Positions 44,997 through 54,459 of a DNA stretch of 64,000 bases are shown piece after piece. The notes below the pieces were generated by a model that made no database searches, was not told the DNA's origin, and was given only the letters and a program-made list of their open reading frames with translations. Both the position numbers and the translations under genes were made by a program. Numbering within the stretch: the stretch's first letter is position 1; each line of letters starts with the position of its first letter. Origin of the DNA: an uncultured archaeon (GTDB lineage Archaea; CAYFZR01); the NCBI GenBank assembly GCA_964347835.1, contig CAYFZR010000065.1:19496-83495 (forward strand), given 5' to 3'.

Positions 44997-46050
44997 ACGA
45001 GTAGAAGAGTAAAAGTAACACCGTTATTTGACAAATAGATACGAATAACAAGGCAAACTCTGGTTTATTCAGAATACAAAGGAGTGCTACTGCAAAAAAT
45101 GAAAAATCTCTGTCCCAGGGTCTGATTTTAGGGTGCCCTAATACTTTTGCATACACTCTTTCCCAAGCGAGGTTAGTTTCTGCCATACAGTATTCTTTCA
45201 GGTAAAAACGCATGTTAAAGGAAAATGCACCTAAAAATCCTAATAGAATGGTCAAAGGAGCATATAAACGGTTTAAACTTACATAGGTCAGCGCAAGAAT
45301 TAGCGCCATTTCGGTCAATCTATCAAAAAAAGAGTCTAAGGAGGCTCCTGCATCAGATGTCTGGCATTTAAGCCTGGCAACTTTTCCATCCACACCATCT
45401 AATAAAACGCCGATATAAAGGAGGGGTGAGCCGTATAAAAAATTTTCAGTTGCCACCAGATATGAAGCAAGAAAAATTATGCCCGGGCTTATTAGAGTAA
45501 TTTGCATCGGATTTATGGGCGTAGCGATAAAAATTCTGGTAATCCACCGGGAAAACGGTAGATTAAAATATCTTGTGAACTTAGAATAACTCGAAAAGGG
45601 AGATTTTAAATCAAATCTGGTTTCTACAGAGAAATCAAATATCAATTCCTCTAAATCCTTTTCAACTATTTTTTCCACGTCTTCGCAGAAATAATTCTCA
45701 GTAAATACCTCCTCAAATTTATCTAAATTTATTTCTTTAAAAGATTCAACGATGTCTTTCTTGGACATTTTATAGGCGGGTAATCTCTTACCATTCTTTA
45801 CTAAGATAGCGGGCATTGTTGCTTTTAATAGCCTAAAAAAAAGTCTATGATCTACGAGTAGATTGGCCTTTAGCAAAAGAAATGTATCTTCTTCGAGATT
45901 TGGTAGCTCTTTATCTAAAACAGACTCATCTAAGAATATTGCATCTAAATTTGCGCTATTCGCTATCCATTTTAACCTATCTTTCCATTTTACGCCCCAA
46001 TGTGTATAATTCAATTTTTGCTCATCGTCATAAAAAAAGACACATTTCAT
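44962..46050 (-). CDS. CDP-alcohol phosphatidyltransferase family protein with about 190-aa N-terminal soluble extension
   Basis: 362 aa. C-terminal membrane domain carries DGVDGKVARLKCQTSDAGASLDSFFDR, i.e. D-G-x2-A-R-x8-G-x3-D-x3-D. Confidence 0.75.
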   Translation of the reverse strand: MKCVFFYDDEQKLNYTHWGVKWKDRLKWIANSANLDAIFLDESVLDKELPNLEEDTFLLLKANLLVDHRLFFRLLKATMPAILVKNGKRLPAYKMSKKDIVESFKEINLDKFEEVFTENYFCEDVEKIVEKDLEELIFDFSVETRFDLKSPFSSYSKFTRYFNLPFSRWITRIFIATPINPMQITLISPGIIFLASYLVATENFLYGSPLLYIGVLLDGVDGKVARLKCQTSDAGASLDSFFDRLTEMALILALTYVSLNRLYAPLTILLGFLGAFSFNMRFYLKEYCMAETNLAWERVYAKVLGHPKIRPWDRDFSFFAVALLCILNKPEFALLFVSICQITVLLLLFYSFIRSLSELEPF

Positions 46051-46054
46051 TTTT

Positions 46055-47038
46055 TCACCTAAAATGGATGTCTACAAGTTCCTTAAGATCATTGTAGGCT
46101 TTTTTAATCCATTCTATAATATCTAATTCCCCGTATACATTTTCATAAGAATCAGGGCCTGATTCAAGTATGAAGGCTCCTCTATACCCTTTATTAGCCA
46201 ATACTTTTATGAAATCTTCTACAGGAGTTACTCCAAATCCCACTGGTAAGTGTAAATCTCCTTTTTTAACCTCATAATCCTTTTTTTCGTCCAAAGCACC
46301 TGATAAGCCGTAATTTGAATGTATATGGGTATGAATGCAATTGTCAGCGAATTCATCAAAGAATTTCTCGTACGGAATATTCATCAGCGTATGAGATATG
46401 GTAGCATGTCCAAAATCCCATACAGTTCCTACGTATGGAGAATTAAGACTCCTTATAATCTCTAATATTTCGTCAGGTCTAGTCCCTACCCTTTTTACTC
46501 CTATTTTCGGAGGCATATTCTCTACACCAATCAAAAGAGGCATATCGTACTTCTCAACCATCTTAATGGCATCTCTTAGGCTAGCGTAAATCTTTGAAAT
46601 CAATTTTTCCTCTACCTCAACCTCCCAATCGTACCTAACCTTATGACTCGGATGGACGATTGCTGCTGGCGCGTCAATTTCGACACAAATTTCAAATCCA
46701 GCGTCTAATATATCTACAATTCTCTCATGAGGTTTTCCACAACTTTCATCTAGATAAACAGGAGCGTACCCAGGATAAGGAGAGTGATAGATATAACAAA
46801 AATCGAATGAACTTAAAGTATCAAGGACGCTTCTCTTCATCTCTTTATTCAAATTACCCATGCTATCAAATATCTTTTGATTAACCCCTTGGAACTCTAC
46901 TACTTTTATTTTAGCCTGCGAATAGAGTTCCAAAACTTCTTCCAAACTGAAATTGTAGGGATCCGAAAACCAGCCCTTAGATACATACATTCCACATTCA
47001 TTGCATAACTTTCTGGTTAAGTATTGATCTATGGTCAT
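46055..47038 (-). CDS. Xylose isomerase-like TIM-barrel enzyme (sugar phosphate isomerase/epimerase; IolE/IolI superfamily)
   Basis: 327 aa. Metal-binding His/Glu/Asp pattern (GVENMP, WDFGHA, HTHIHS). Stop codon 4 nt from the start of the CDP-alcohol phosphatidyltransferase gene. Confidence 0.65.
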   Translation of the reverse strand: MTIDQYLTRKLCNECGMYVSKGWFSDPYNFSLEEVLELYSQAKIKVVEFQGVNQKIFDSMGNLNKEMKRSVLDTLSSFDFCYIYHSPYPGYAPVYLDESCGKPHERIVDILDAGFEICVEIDAPAAIVHPSHKVRYDWEVEVEEKLISKIYASLRDAIKMVEKYDMPLLIGVENMPPKIGVKRVGTRPDEILEIIRSLNSPYVGTVWDFGHATISHTLMNIPYEKFFDEFADNCIHTHIHSNYGLSGALDEKKDYEVKKGDLHLPVGFGVTPVEDFIKVLANKGYRGAFILESGPDSYENVYGELDIIEWIKKAYNDLKELVDIHFR

Positions 47039-47106
47039 TGTATCCGTAATATCTTGGTAGAACCTATAAAATCTTTGCCGTTTTTTGATAAACTTTAAAA
47101 TTCAAG

Positions 47107-47694
47107 TTGGCGCGTACACTTTATATTAGACTAAAAACTTTACATAAGAAAGGTGGTAATTTGAGTAGAGCCTACCTAATTATGTGCGTATACATTTTGT
47201 TTTTTACAGTTAGCATTGCGTTTTCTGAGGAATTTTACACCCTCTCTATGTACAAGAAGTACGAAGGAGAAACATTGAACGGACTCTACATAAGATACGT
47301 AACAAAAGACGGAGTGGGAATAAGAGATAACTTCGATAGATTATGGAGTTTTAACCCTGAGACTTTTCCGACTTGTTGTTCTTATAACAAACTACGAAGA
47401 TACCTCTGGAGGTTAGAGAACGGAATAAGCATGCAGGAATATGGGTACTTAAAATTTAATTATACTGAACTGGAGTTAGATCCACTATCTGTTTATAAAA
47501 GACATATAGGAGAAAATATCAATGGAATAACAATATTATTCGTAACGAAAGACGGAGTAATTGTAAAAGATGAAGAAGAGAATTTCTATGGATTTAATCC
47601 AGAATATTTGCCTAAATGCGCCTGTTTTTCCAATAGGTTGAATGACGTAATTCTTCGATTAACCAGGGGGCTTGAACTTTTGGAGGGTTATTGA
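47107..47694 (+). CDS. Secreted protein built from two homologous about 75-aa domains
   Basis: 195 aa. Signal/anchor, then YKKYEGETLNGLYIRYVTKDGVGIRDNFDRLWSFNPETFPTCCS and YKRHIGENINGITILFVTKDGVIVKDEEENFYGFNPEYLPKCACFS. Confidence 0.45.
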   Translation: MARTLYIRLKTLHKKGGNLSRAYLIMCVYILFFTVSIAFSEEFYTLSMYKKYEGETLNGLYIRYVTKDGVGIRDNFDRLWSFNPETFPTCCSYNKLRRYLWRLENGISMQEYGYLKFNYTELELDPLSVYKRHIGENINGITILFVTKDGVIVKDEEENFYGFNPEYLPKCACFSNRLNDVILRLTRGLELLEGY

Positions 47695-48058
47695 TGGAGA
47701 AGGCAGATGTTAAAAAGATAAAGATAATTCACAAAGATTTTGAAATATACGCTGAACTTACAACGCGAACCCTAAAACAATAAACCATTTAGTTGAAAAA
47801 TTACCCATAGAAGGCTCTGCGAAACTCTGGAAGGAAGAAGTTTACTTTGAAATACCTTTGGAATATGAGTTGGAGAATCCTTCTGACGCTACGAAAAAAG
47901 GAGATATAGCATATTGGCCCCCCGGAAAAGCCTTTTGCATATTCTTCGGGGAGTCTCAGCCTTACAGTGAAGTGAGCGTAATCGGAGGCATAAAAAAAGG
48001 TGTGGAAAAGTTCTCCAGTGTTAAGGAAGGAGATGCCATAAGAATCGAAAAATTATAA
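47694..48058 (+). pseudogene. Cyclophilin-like (TM1367/PF04126-type) gene interrupted by a -1 frameshift
   Basis: Frame 1 gives MEKADVKKIKIIHKDFEIYAELTTRTLKQ* (stop at 47781). The shifted frame continues YNANPKTINHLVEKLPIEGSAKLWKEEVYFEIPLEYELENPSDATKKGDIAYWPPGKAFCIFFGESQPYSEVSVIGGIKKG.. with the family motif GDxxYWPPGKAxCxFFG. The break maps to gaacttacaac, where one missing T (ctttac) restores the frame. Start overlaps the upstream stop (ATGA). Confidence 0.55.
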
Positions 48059-48214
48059 TTTGTTGTATAGTTTTTTTAAGGACTCAAACCTATTAGTTTA
48101 TAATTCTAATGTTTTTTATAAAAAAAATTAAAGTTACTAACTTAAATTAAGAGAAGATAGTATTTATGGTTTGGGGCGCAACTATATATAAAAAGATATG
48201 TTAATTTTTATGTT

Positions 48215-50014
48215 ATGACTGAATTATCTGATAACGCTATAACGGTCTTGAGAAGAAGGTATTTGAAAAAGGATGAAGATGGAAGCGCGATTGAAACTCC
48301 AGAAGAGATGTTTAAAAGAGTTGCGAGTAATATTGCTTCTGCTGATGAATTATATGATGGAAAAGATGTAAAAAAAACAGAAGAGGATTTCTACAGGATT
48401 ATGACAAATCTTGAGTTCTTACCTAATTCTCCCACCTTGATGAATGCAGGCACAGAACTCCAACAACTTGCTGCATGCTTTGTTCTTCCGGTAGAGGATT
48501 CAATAGAAGGAATTTTTGAGACTTTAAAAAACGCAGCCCTTATACACCAAAGTGGGGGCGGAACTGGATTTTCCTTTTCGCATTTACGACCAAAAGGAGA
48601 TATAGTTAAATCAACTGGTGGAATAGCCTCTGGTCCCGTATCATTCATGAAGGTATTCGATGCTGCTACCCAAGCAATCAAACAAGGAGGAAAGCGCAGA
48701 GGAGCCAATATGGGCACATTGCGAGTAGATCATCCGGACATAATCGAATTCATAACGGTAAAAAAAGATACTAGAATTTTGACCAACTTCAACATATCTG
48801 TAGCCGTTACAGAAGAATTTATAGACGCCTTAAAAGAAGGTGAAAAATACAACTTGATTAGTCCAAGAACCAATGAAATCGTAGGAAAATTAAACGCGGA
48901 AGAAGTTTTTGATTTGATGGTAGAGATGGCTTGGAGTACTGGTGATCCCGGAATTATATTTTTAGATCGCATAAACAAGGACAATCCCACACCCCAACTC
49001 GGAGAAATGGAGTCTACAAATCCATGTGGAGAACAGCCCTTATTACCTTATGAGGCTTGCAATCTTGGATCTATAAACCTTTCCAAAATGGTAAAGAATG
49101 GAGAAATAGACTTCGAAAAATTAGGAGAGGTAGTTGACATTTCTATAAAATTTCTGGATAACGTCATCGATAAGAATGAATTCCCATTAGACAGCATTAA
49201 AGAAGTAGTAAAAGGGAACAGAAAAATTGGTCTTGGTGTCATGGGTTTCGCTGACATGCTAGTAAAACTAAGGATCCCTTACAACTCGGAGAAAGCACTT
49301 GAGATCGCTGAAAGAGTTATGAAATTTATTTCAGAGAGGGGAAAAAGAAAGTCAATGGAGATCGCGAAGGAGAGGGGTCCTTTTTCTAATTATGAAGAAA
49401 GTATCAAATATGATCCTGATATGGAAAAGGTAAGGAATTCTACAAGGACGACAGTGGCTCCTACAGGGACAATAAGCATAATAGCCGGTTGTTCGAGCGG
49501 TATAGAGCCTTTTTATGCCATTTCTTATGTGAGAAGGGTTTTGGATGATGAAAGGCTCTACGAAGTAAACCACCTTTTTGAAGAAATTGCAAAAGAGAGA
49601 GGTTTTTATAATGAAGAATTGATGGAGAAAATCGCTGAAAAGGGATCGGTCAAGGGAATGAGTGCGGTACCAGAAGATATTCAAGAACTCTTTGTTACCG
49701 CCTATGATATTTCTCCTGAGTGGCAGGTAAAAATGCAGGCAGCGTTCCAAAAATACGTTGACAATGCGGTATCAAAGACTGTGAACTTGCCGCAAGAGGC
49801 TACTAAAGACGATGTAAGAAGGATTTTCCTGCTTGCATATGAACTCGGATGTAAAGGCATAACTGTTTACAGAGACAAGAGTAAAGAGGAACAAACTCTC
49901 GCCATAGAGGAGAAAGTACCAGTTGAAGAATGTCCCGACTGCGGAGAGGAACTAAAGTTTATTGAAAGGACAGATGTCTGTATAAGATGTGGTTATACAA
50001 CCTCAGTAAGTTGA
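48215..50014 (+). CDS. nrdJ: Ribonucleotide reductase, class II (adenosylcobalamin-dependent), with C-terminal zinc ribbon
   Basis: 599 aa. Motifs NSPTLMNAG, GGGTGFSFSHLRPKGD, EACNLGSINL and C-terminal CPDCGEEL..CIRCGY. Confidence 0.85.
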   Translation: MTELSDNAITVLRRRYLKKDEDGSAIETPEEMFKRVASNIASADELYDGKDVKKTEEDFYRIMTNLEFLPNSPTLMNAGTELQQLAACFVLPVEDSIEGIFETLKNAALIHQSGGGTGFSFSHLRPKGDIVKSTGGIASGPVSFMKVFDAATQAIKQGGKRRGANMGTLRVDHPDIIEFITVKKDTRILTNFNISVAVTEEFIDALKEGEKYNLISPRTNEIVGKLNAEEVFDLMVEMAWSTGDPGIIFLDRINKDNPTPQLGEMESTNPCGEQPLLPYEACNLGSINLSKMVKNGEIDFEKLGEVVDISIKFLDNVIDKNEFPLDSIKEVVKGNRKIGLGVMGFADMLVKLRIPYNSEKALEIAERVMKFISERGKRKSMEIAKERGPFSNYEESIKYDPDMEKVRNSTRTTVAPTGTISIIAGCSSGIEPFYAISYVRRVLDDERLYEVNHLFEEIAKERGFYNEELMEKIAEKGSVKGMSAVPEDIQELFVTAYDISPEWQVKMQAAFQKYVDNAVSKTVNLPQEATKDDVRRIFLLAYELGCKGITVYRDKSKEEQTLAIEEKVPVEECPDCGEELKFIERTDVCIRCGYTTSVS

Positions 50015-50043
50015 TTTTATTTGGTTAGGAAGTCAAAAAAATA

Positions 50044-51810
50044 TCATAATCTAAAAGAGTCCAATTCCCTCGGAGCCTCCACGCGCAAATCTGGAAGTCT
50101 ATTTTTAATCAACTTACTTAATTGAAGAATATTTTCTTCTTCTCCATGCACTAAAAATATGTTTTCGGGTTTTTTGGATAGAGAATTTATGAAATTCATT
50201 ATCTGTGGTCTGTCTGAGTGAGCGCTGAAAGTATAAGACTTTACTATCATATCCAACTTCAATTCCTTTCCATCCAATTCAATGGCTTTTTTTCCGTCTA
50301 GTATTTCTCTACCCAACGTCCCTTGAGCCTGATACCCCACGAGTACCAATAAGTTTCTCCTGTCATCATGTAGCCTTTTCAGATGATGTAAAACCGGACC
50401 TCCTTTCATCATACCTGATGTTGCGAGTATAATCGCTGGTTCAATTATCTTTTCCCTTCTTTTGGGCGTGATTGTACGGAAAATATCTGACAAAAATGGA
50501 TTATCTCTAGTTTCGTCGATTCTGCTTCTTATGCTCGACCGGAGGAAATCGGAATAGTGGGTGTATACCAAGTTAGCCTCTCTAACCATGCCGTCTATAT
50601 AGACAGGATATTTTTTTAGCGCGCCGGATCGCATGTACTCTTCCAAAACAAGCATGACCTCCTGGGACCTGCCTACTGCTGCTACAGGTATCAAAACGGT
50701 GCCTTCCCTTTCCATGGTTTCCTTTACAACTCTTACGAAGTCTGATTCTACTCCTTTTCTCGATGGATGAAGATCTTCCTTTCCGCCATACGTAGATTCT
50801 ATGATTAGGGTGTCAGCGTCGAATTTTTTTCTTGATATATCGAGTAATCTAGTCTTTCTATAACTAAAATCACCAGTATACAGCAATTTATAGTCATTGA
50901 GAGATAGATGAACTAAACTAGATCCAATAATGTGTCCTGCACTTTGTAATGTCAGTTTCACATTAGGAGATGCTATTACGCTCTTTTCATATTCAAGTGG
51001 TATTGCATGTTTTATAGAAAGTTCTATCCCTTTTTTTGAAAATAAAGGTCTAGAATTTCTTTTTGCCAATCTCAAGGTATCACTCCACAACAAATACATA
51101 ACATCCAGCGAAGGTCTGGTGCAAAATAAAGCGCCCTCAAAGCCATTTTCATATAGGTATGGAACAGCCCCACAGTGGTCTAAATGCGCATGAGAAATGA
51201 CGACAGAGTGTAGTCTATCGATTTCGAATTCGGGTAAATCGAATGATGGTAAAAGAGGCGGAGTTTGAGATGCATCAATGCCGCAATCGAGAAGAACACT
51301 ATCAGAGTTCGTATGAAATAGAAAGCACGACTTTCCTACCTGTCTGCAACCTCCAAGGAAGGATATACGCTTCCACTTTAATTCTTCTTTTTCTCTTAAC
51401 TTTTTGCCTATTTTTTTTAGACTCGCAGATCTTTCTCCGTACAGTACCTTGTTTACATTTCTGGTAGCCTGACAAAGTCTTTCGCGAGTCTCAATAATCT
51501 CAAAAACCCATCCTGTCTGTTTAACAAGGAGTTCCTTTGTCAAATTAACATTTGCCAGAAAGTAATTTAACTTAAGTTCTATAAGAACGACTCCGAAATC
51601 GGAGAAGTAGATATTTTGTATGCCCTTTGGGAATACTTTTTCCAGTAAATCCTTTACTTCATCTTTTTTTGCCCTATTTTTTTCTTCTACCCTTAATAAA
51701 ACTTCTTCTCCATGTTCCTCTTCTAATTCTTTTTTGAAATCAGGGTCAAACAGGTCATCTGTGTCAGAAGTAAAGTACACCAAATCAGTACCTAGACTTT
51801 CCACCTCCAT
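50044..51810 (-). CDS. Metallo-beta-lactamase/beta-CASP ribonuclease, aCPSF1 (FttA)-like
   Basis: 588 aa. HAHLDHCGAVPY (HxHxDH), downstream beta-CASP motifs and RMBL-like C-terminus (LVHGEE). N-terminal about 150 aa are KH-like. Confidence 0.75.
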   Translation of the reverse strand: MEVESLGTDLVYFTSDTDDLFDPDFKKELEEEHGEEVLLRVEEKNRAKKDEVKDLLEKVFPKGIQNIYFSDFGVVLIELKLNYFLANVNLTKELLVKQTGWVFEIIETRERLCQATRNVNKVLYGERSASLKKIGKKLREKEELKWKRISFLGGCRQVGKSCFLFHTNSDSVLLDCGIDASQTPPLLPSFDLPEFEIDRLHSVVISHAHLDHCGAVPYLYENGFEGALFCTRPSLDVMYLLWSDTLRLAKRNSRPLFSKKGIELSIKHAIPLEYEKSVIASPNVKLTLQSAGHIIGSSLVHLSLNDYKLLYTGDFSYRKTRLLDISRKKFDADTLIIESTYGGKEDLHPSRKGVESDFVRVVKETMEREGTVLIPVAAVGRSQEVMLVLEEYMRSGALKKYPVYIDGMVREANLVYTHYSDFLRSSIRSRIDETRDNPFLSDIFRTITPKRREKIIEPAIILATSGMMKGGPVLHHLKRLHDDRRNLLVLVGYQAQGTLGREILDGKKAIELDGKELKLDMIVKSYTFSAHSDRPQIMNFINSLSKKPENIFLVHGEEENILQLSKLIKNRLPDLRVEAPRELDSFRL

Positions 51811-51820
51811 TTGATTCCTC

Positions 51821-52243
51821 CTAAATAGAGAGGCTAAAAATGCCTTTTTTGAAAAATTGAAATAAGTAGAACAAAACCATCACTATTATTAGGGCAATAA
51901 CTACCAGAAAAATCCAATAAGCTCTTCTATGCTTTGGATATTTTATCTCTCTATCAATATAAGAAGGGCGATAAACTTCCCTTTTCTTCTCAAGAAATAA
52001 GATCTTAATATTTTCTCCGTTTCTTTCGATGTTCGCTATAAAGTGGTCTTTGGCCCTTATTCTGGAACGGTCCCCGCTCTTGGCGTCAATGAGTAATATA
52101 TCGTTGTAACCTCTCACAACTGAAATGTGTTCTGGAATGATAACATTAACCTCTATCTTCTCCTTTTTTTCTTCAATTTGTTGTTCAATTTCTTCTTTAA
52201 TGCTCTCCAAGTTCATATGAATTTCTCTCAAATCTTTTGACAT
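51821..52243 (-). CDS. Hypothetical protein with C-terminal TM anchor
   Basis: 140 aa. Overlaps the upstream methyltransferase gene stop. Confidence 0.35.
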   Translation of the reverse strand: MSKDLREIHMNLESIKEEIEQQIEEKKEKIEVNVIIPEHISVVRGYNDILLIDAKSGDRSRIRAKDHFIANIERNGENIKILFLEKKREVYRPSYIDREIKYPKHRRAYWIFLVVIALIIVMVLFYLFQFFKKGIFSLSI

Positions 52244-52818
52244 AGAAGTTGTGTCTGTATCGGGCTAGATCTCTTTTCGATTACCTTGAATCCAGCATCC
52301 TCTATTTGCTTAATTATATCTTTTTCATCATACATATAAAATCTGATTCCCCACAAAAACCTTGGTATATTCAGGATATTTTTTTGAGAGAAAGATACCA
52401 GAGCCTTTCCATTATTTTCTAGAACCCGGTATATTTCTCCTAAAGCAACTTTTTTTTCTTTAAGATATTCTAAAACGCCTATCATCGAAATAAAATCAAA
52501 ACTCCCATCTTTGAAGGGCAAAGTTAATGCGTTTGCCCTAACAAATTTTACGTCTGACGCTTTTGTTTTAGCAATTCTTATCATGTTTTGAGATATGTCG
52601 ATTCCATAAAGTAGATTTTCCTTCTCGTGTGATAAGTTCTTATACAAAGAGAGGATCTTTCCAGTACCACATCCAATATCTAATATCTTGACCCCCTCGA
52701 GGTCCATCGGAGATAACATACATTTAAAGATATTCAACTCTTCCTCCTTGATATTCTTAAAAGGAGGGAGTTTGAATAGACCATCGTGAACCAATGCCCT
52801 GATATCCCACGTTCTCAA
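52228..52818 (-). CDS. Class I SAM-dependent methyltransferase
   Basis: 196 aa. Motif I VKILDIGCGTGKI. Confidence 0.75.
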   Translation of the reverse strand: MRTWDIRALVHDGLFKLPPFKNIKEEELNIFKCMLSPMDLEGVKILDIGCGTGKILSLYKNLSHEKENLLYGIDISQNMIRIAKTKASDVKFVRANALTLPFKDGSFDFISMIGVLEYLKEKKVALGEIYRVLENNGKALVSFSQKNILNIPRFLWGIRFYMYDEKDIIKQIEDAGFKVIEKRSSPIQTQLLCQKI

Positions 52819-52875
52819 AACGACACCAAAGATAGATTTAATAAATGTTATTTAAAAATATACTTAGGTTTCGAA

Positions 52876-53328
52876 ATGAAGATGAAAGACCCTTCTACCA
52901 TAACTGTAGAGGAAGTGATGACGAAAAAGGTCATTACCCTGAGTGAAGACGACAGTTTTGAAAAAATAGCCGATACATTCAAAGAAATAAAGGTAAATGC
53001 ATTTCCGGTTTTGAATAAAGATAACAAATTGGTGGGCATAGTTTGTGAGAGTGATGTCATGAAGGTTATAGAAAGACGTTACTTGAGTAGACATGAGATG
53101 TTTGGAACTTTCGGAAGTAAGGCTAGAATCTTGTCTCCCAGTAAGGTTGGAGACGTGATGACAAAAAATCCGATTACCGTATCTCCCTCCGCCACCTTGG
53201 AAGAAGCCATAATCCTCATGCTGATACATCATGTGCGAGGACTGCCAGTGGTAGACAAAAATAACGAAGTTATAGGCATTATTGTAAAAAGGGACATCGT
53301 AAATACTCTTTTATCGGAGAGTGAATAG
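52876..53328 (+). CDS. CBS-domain pair protein
   Basis: Track ORF starts at 52786, but the first 30 codons overlap the divergent methyltransferase. Likely start is MKMKDPST at 52876. Two CBS motifs. Confidence 0.7.
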   Translation: MKMKDPSTITVEEVMTKKVITLSEDDSFEKIADTFKEIKVNAFPVLNKDNKLVGIVCESDVMKVIERRYLSRHEMFGTFGSKARILSPSKVGDVMTKNPITVSPSATLEEAIILMLIHHVRGLPVVDKNNEVIGIIVKRDIVNTLLSESE

Positions 53329-54453
53329 TTGGATTTTCTCCTTCAACTCATTTTAATATTAATTTTTGCGACTATATTCGGAGAATTTTTTCAGAGATTA
53401 AATCAACCAAGTGTGGTTGGAGAAATTATCGCTGGAATCTTACTTGGAATTTTCTTTGTTCCTTTGGAGAGTATAAAAGAGATGGCTAACCTCGGTATAT
53501 TGTTTCTTCTCTTCTTGGCAGGAACCGAGATAGATGTTCGCGACCTCATGGATGTTGGATGGCAATCCTCGTATACGGCAATATTTGGTTTGGTCCTTCC
53601 TTTCTTCTTTGGATCTATCGCATCTTATTTCATTTGGAAAAACATATTGCTCTCTTTATTCGTCGGAACCGCCTTTACCGCGACGTCGATTGGAGTTACA
53701 GTAAAGACCTTGATGGACATGGATAGATTAGATACCATAGTAGGGAGAACCATTATCGGAAGCGCTATTATAGATGATATCTTGGGGATATCTCTCCTCG
53801 GTATCGTATCTTCTCTTTCTCTCGGAAACGTATCCATAAGCAAGACGTTTTTAAACACCTTAATAGGGATATTCTTCATTATTATTATTCTTTACACCGG
53901 CATTAAGACAATAAATATTATAGCAACTCACATGAACAAATTACTCCTTGTTGAAGGTACTTTCATGATTTTTGTAATACTTGCTTTAATACTGGCTTTC
54001 TTTGCTGAAAAAATAGGTCTAAACATGATAATAGGGAGTTTTGTAGCAGGTATTATTATTGGAAAAGTAGCAGACCACCATTTGCTTGGAAAAGTATCCG
54101 CAATATCTCGTGGATTCTTTATTCCAATATTTTTCGCGTTTGTTGGTATGTCTACTCATTTAGGTTTGAGTTATCAAAATTTAGACCTCATATTTTTGTT
54201 TTTGATTGTGGCTAGTCTGAGTAAGATCTTAGGTGGTGGTATCGGTTCTTTAATAGGCGGAATATCTATCAAAGAATCTTTGGTCATAGGCATAGGTATG
54301 ATACCGAGAACGGAGATAGCCTTGGCAGTAATCACAGTTGGATCCGGATTGGGAATAATCTCTCCTGAAATCTTCTCCGCACTGGTGATAACCTTTGCCT
54401 TTACCGTTTTTATAACGCCGATACTACTATCCTTTTCTTATAGAAACTTATGA
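53329..54453 (+). CDS. Monovalent cation:proton antiporter (CPA family, Kef/NhaP-like membrane domain)
   Basis: 374 aa with 10-12 TM helices and a Na+/H+ exchanger-like Gly-rich pattern. Start abuts the CBS gene stop. Confidence 0.65.
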   Translation: MDFLLQLILILIFATIFGEFFQRLNQPSVVGEIIAGILLGIFFVPLESIKEMANLGILFLLFLAGTEIDVRDLMDVGWQSSYTAIFGLVLPFFFGSIASYFIWKNILLSLFVGTAFTATSIGVTVKTLMDMDRLDTIVGRTIIGSAIIDDILGISLLGIVSSLSLGNVSISKTFLNTLIGIFFIIIILYTGIKTINIIATHMNKLLLVEGTFMIFVILALILAFFAEKIGLNMIIGSFVAGIIIGKVADHHLLGKVSAISRGFFIPIFFAFVGMSTHLGLSYQNLDLIFLFLIVASLSKILGGGIGSLIGGISIKESLVIGIGMIPRTEIALAVITVGSGLGIISPEIFSALVITFAFTVFITPILLSFSYRNL

Positions 54454-54459
54454 GGAGGT

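Noticed and set aside
48391-49750. Minus-strand ORFs inside nrdJ (48391-48717, 48730-48990, 49048-49257, 49352-49750)
   Set aside because: Antisense to a 599-aa class II RNR with all catalytic motifs. Translations are low-complexity.
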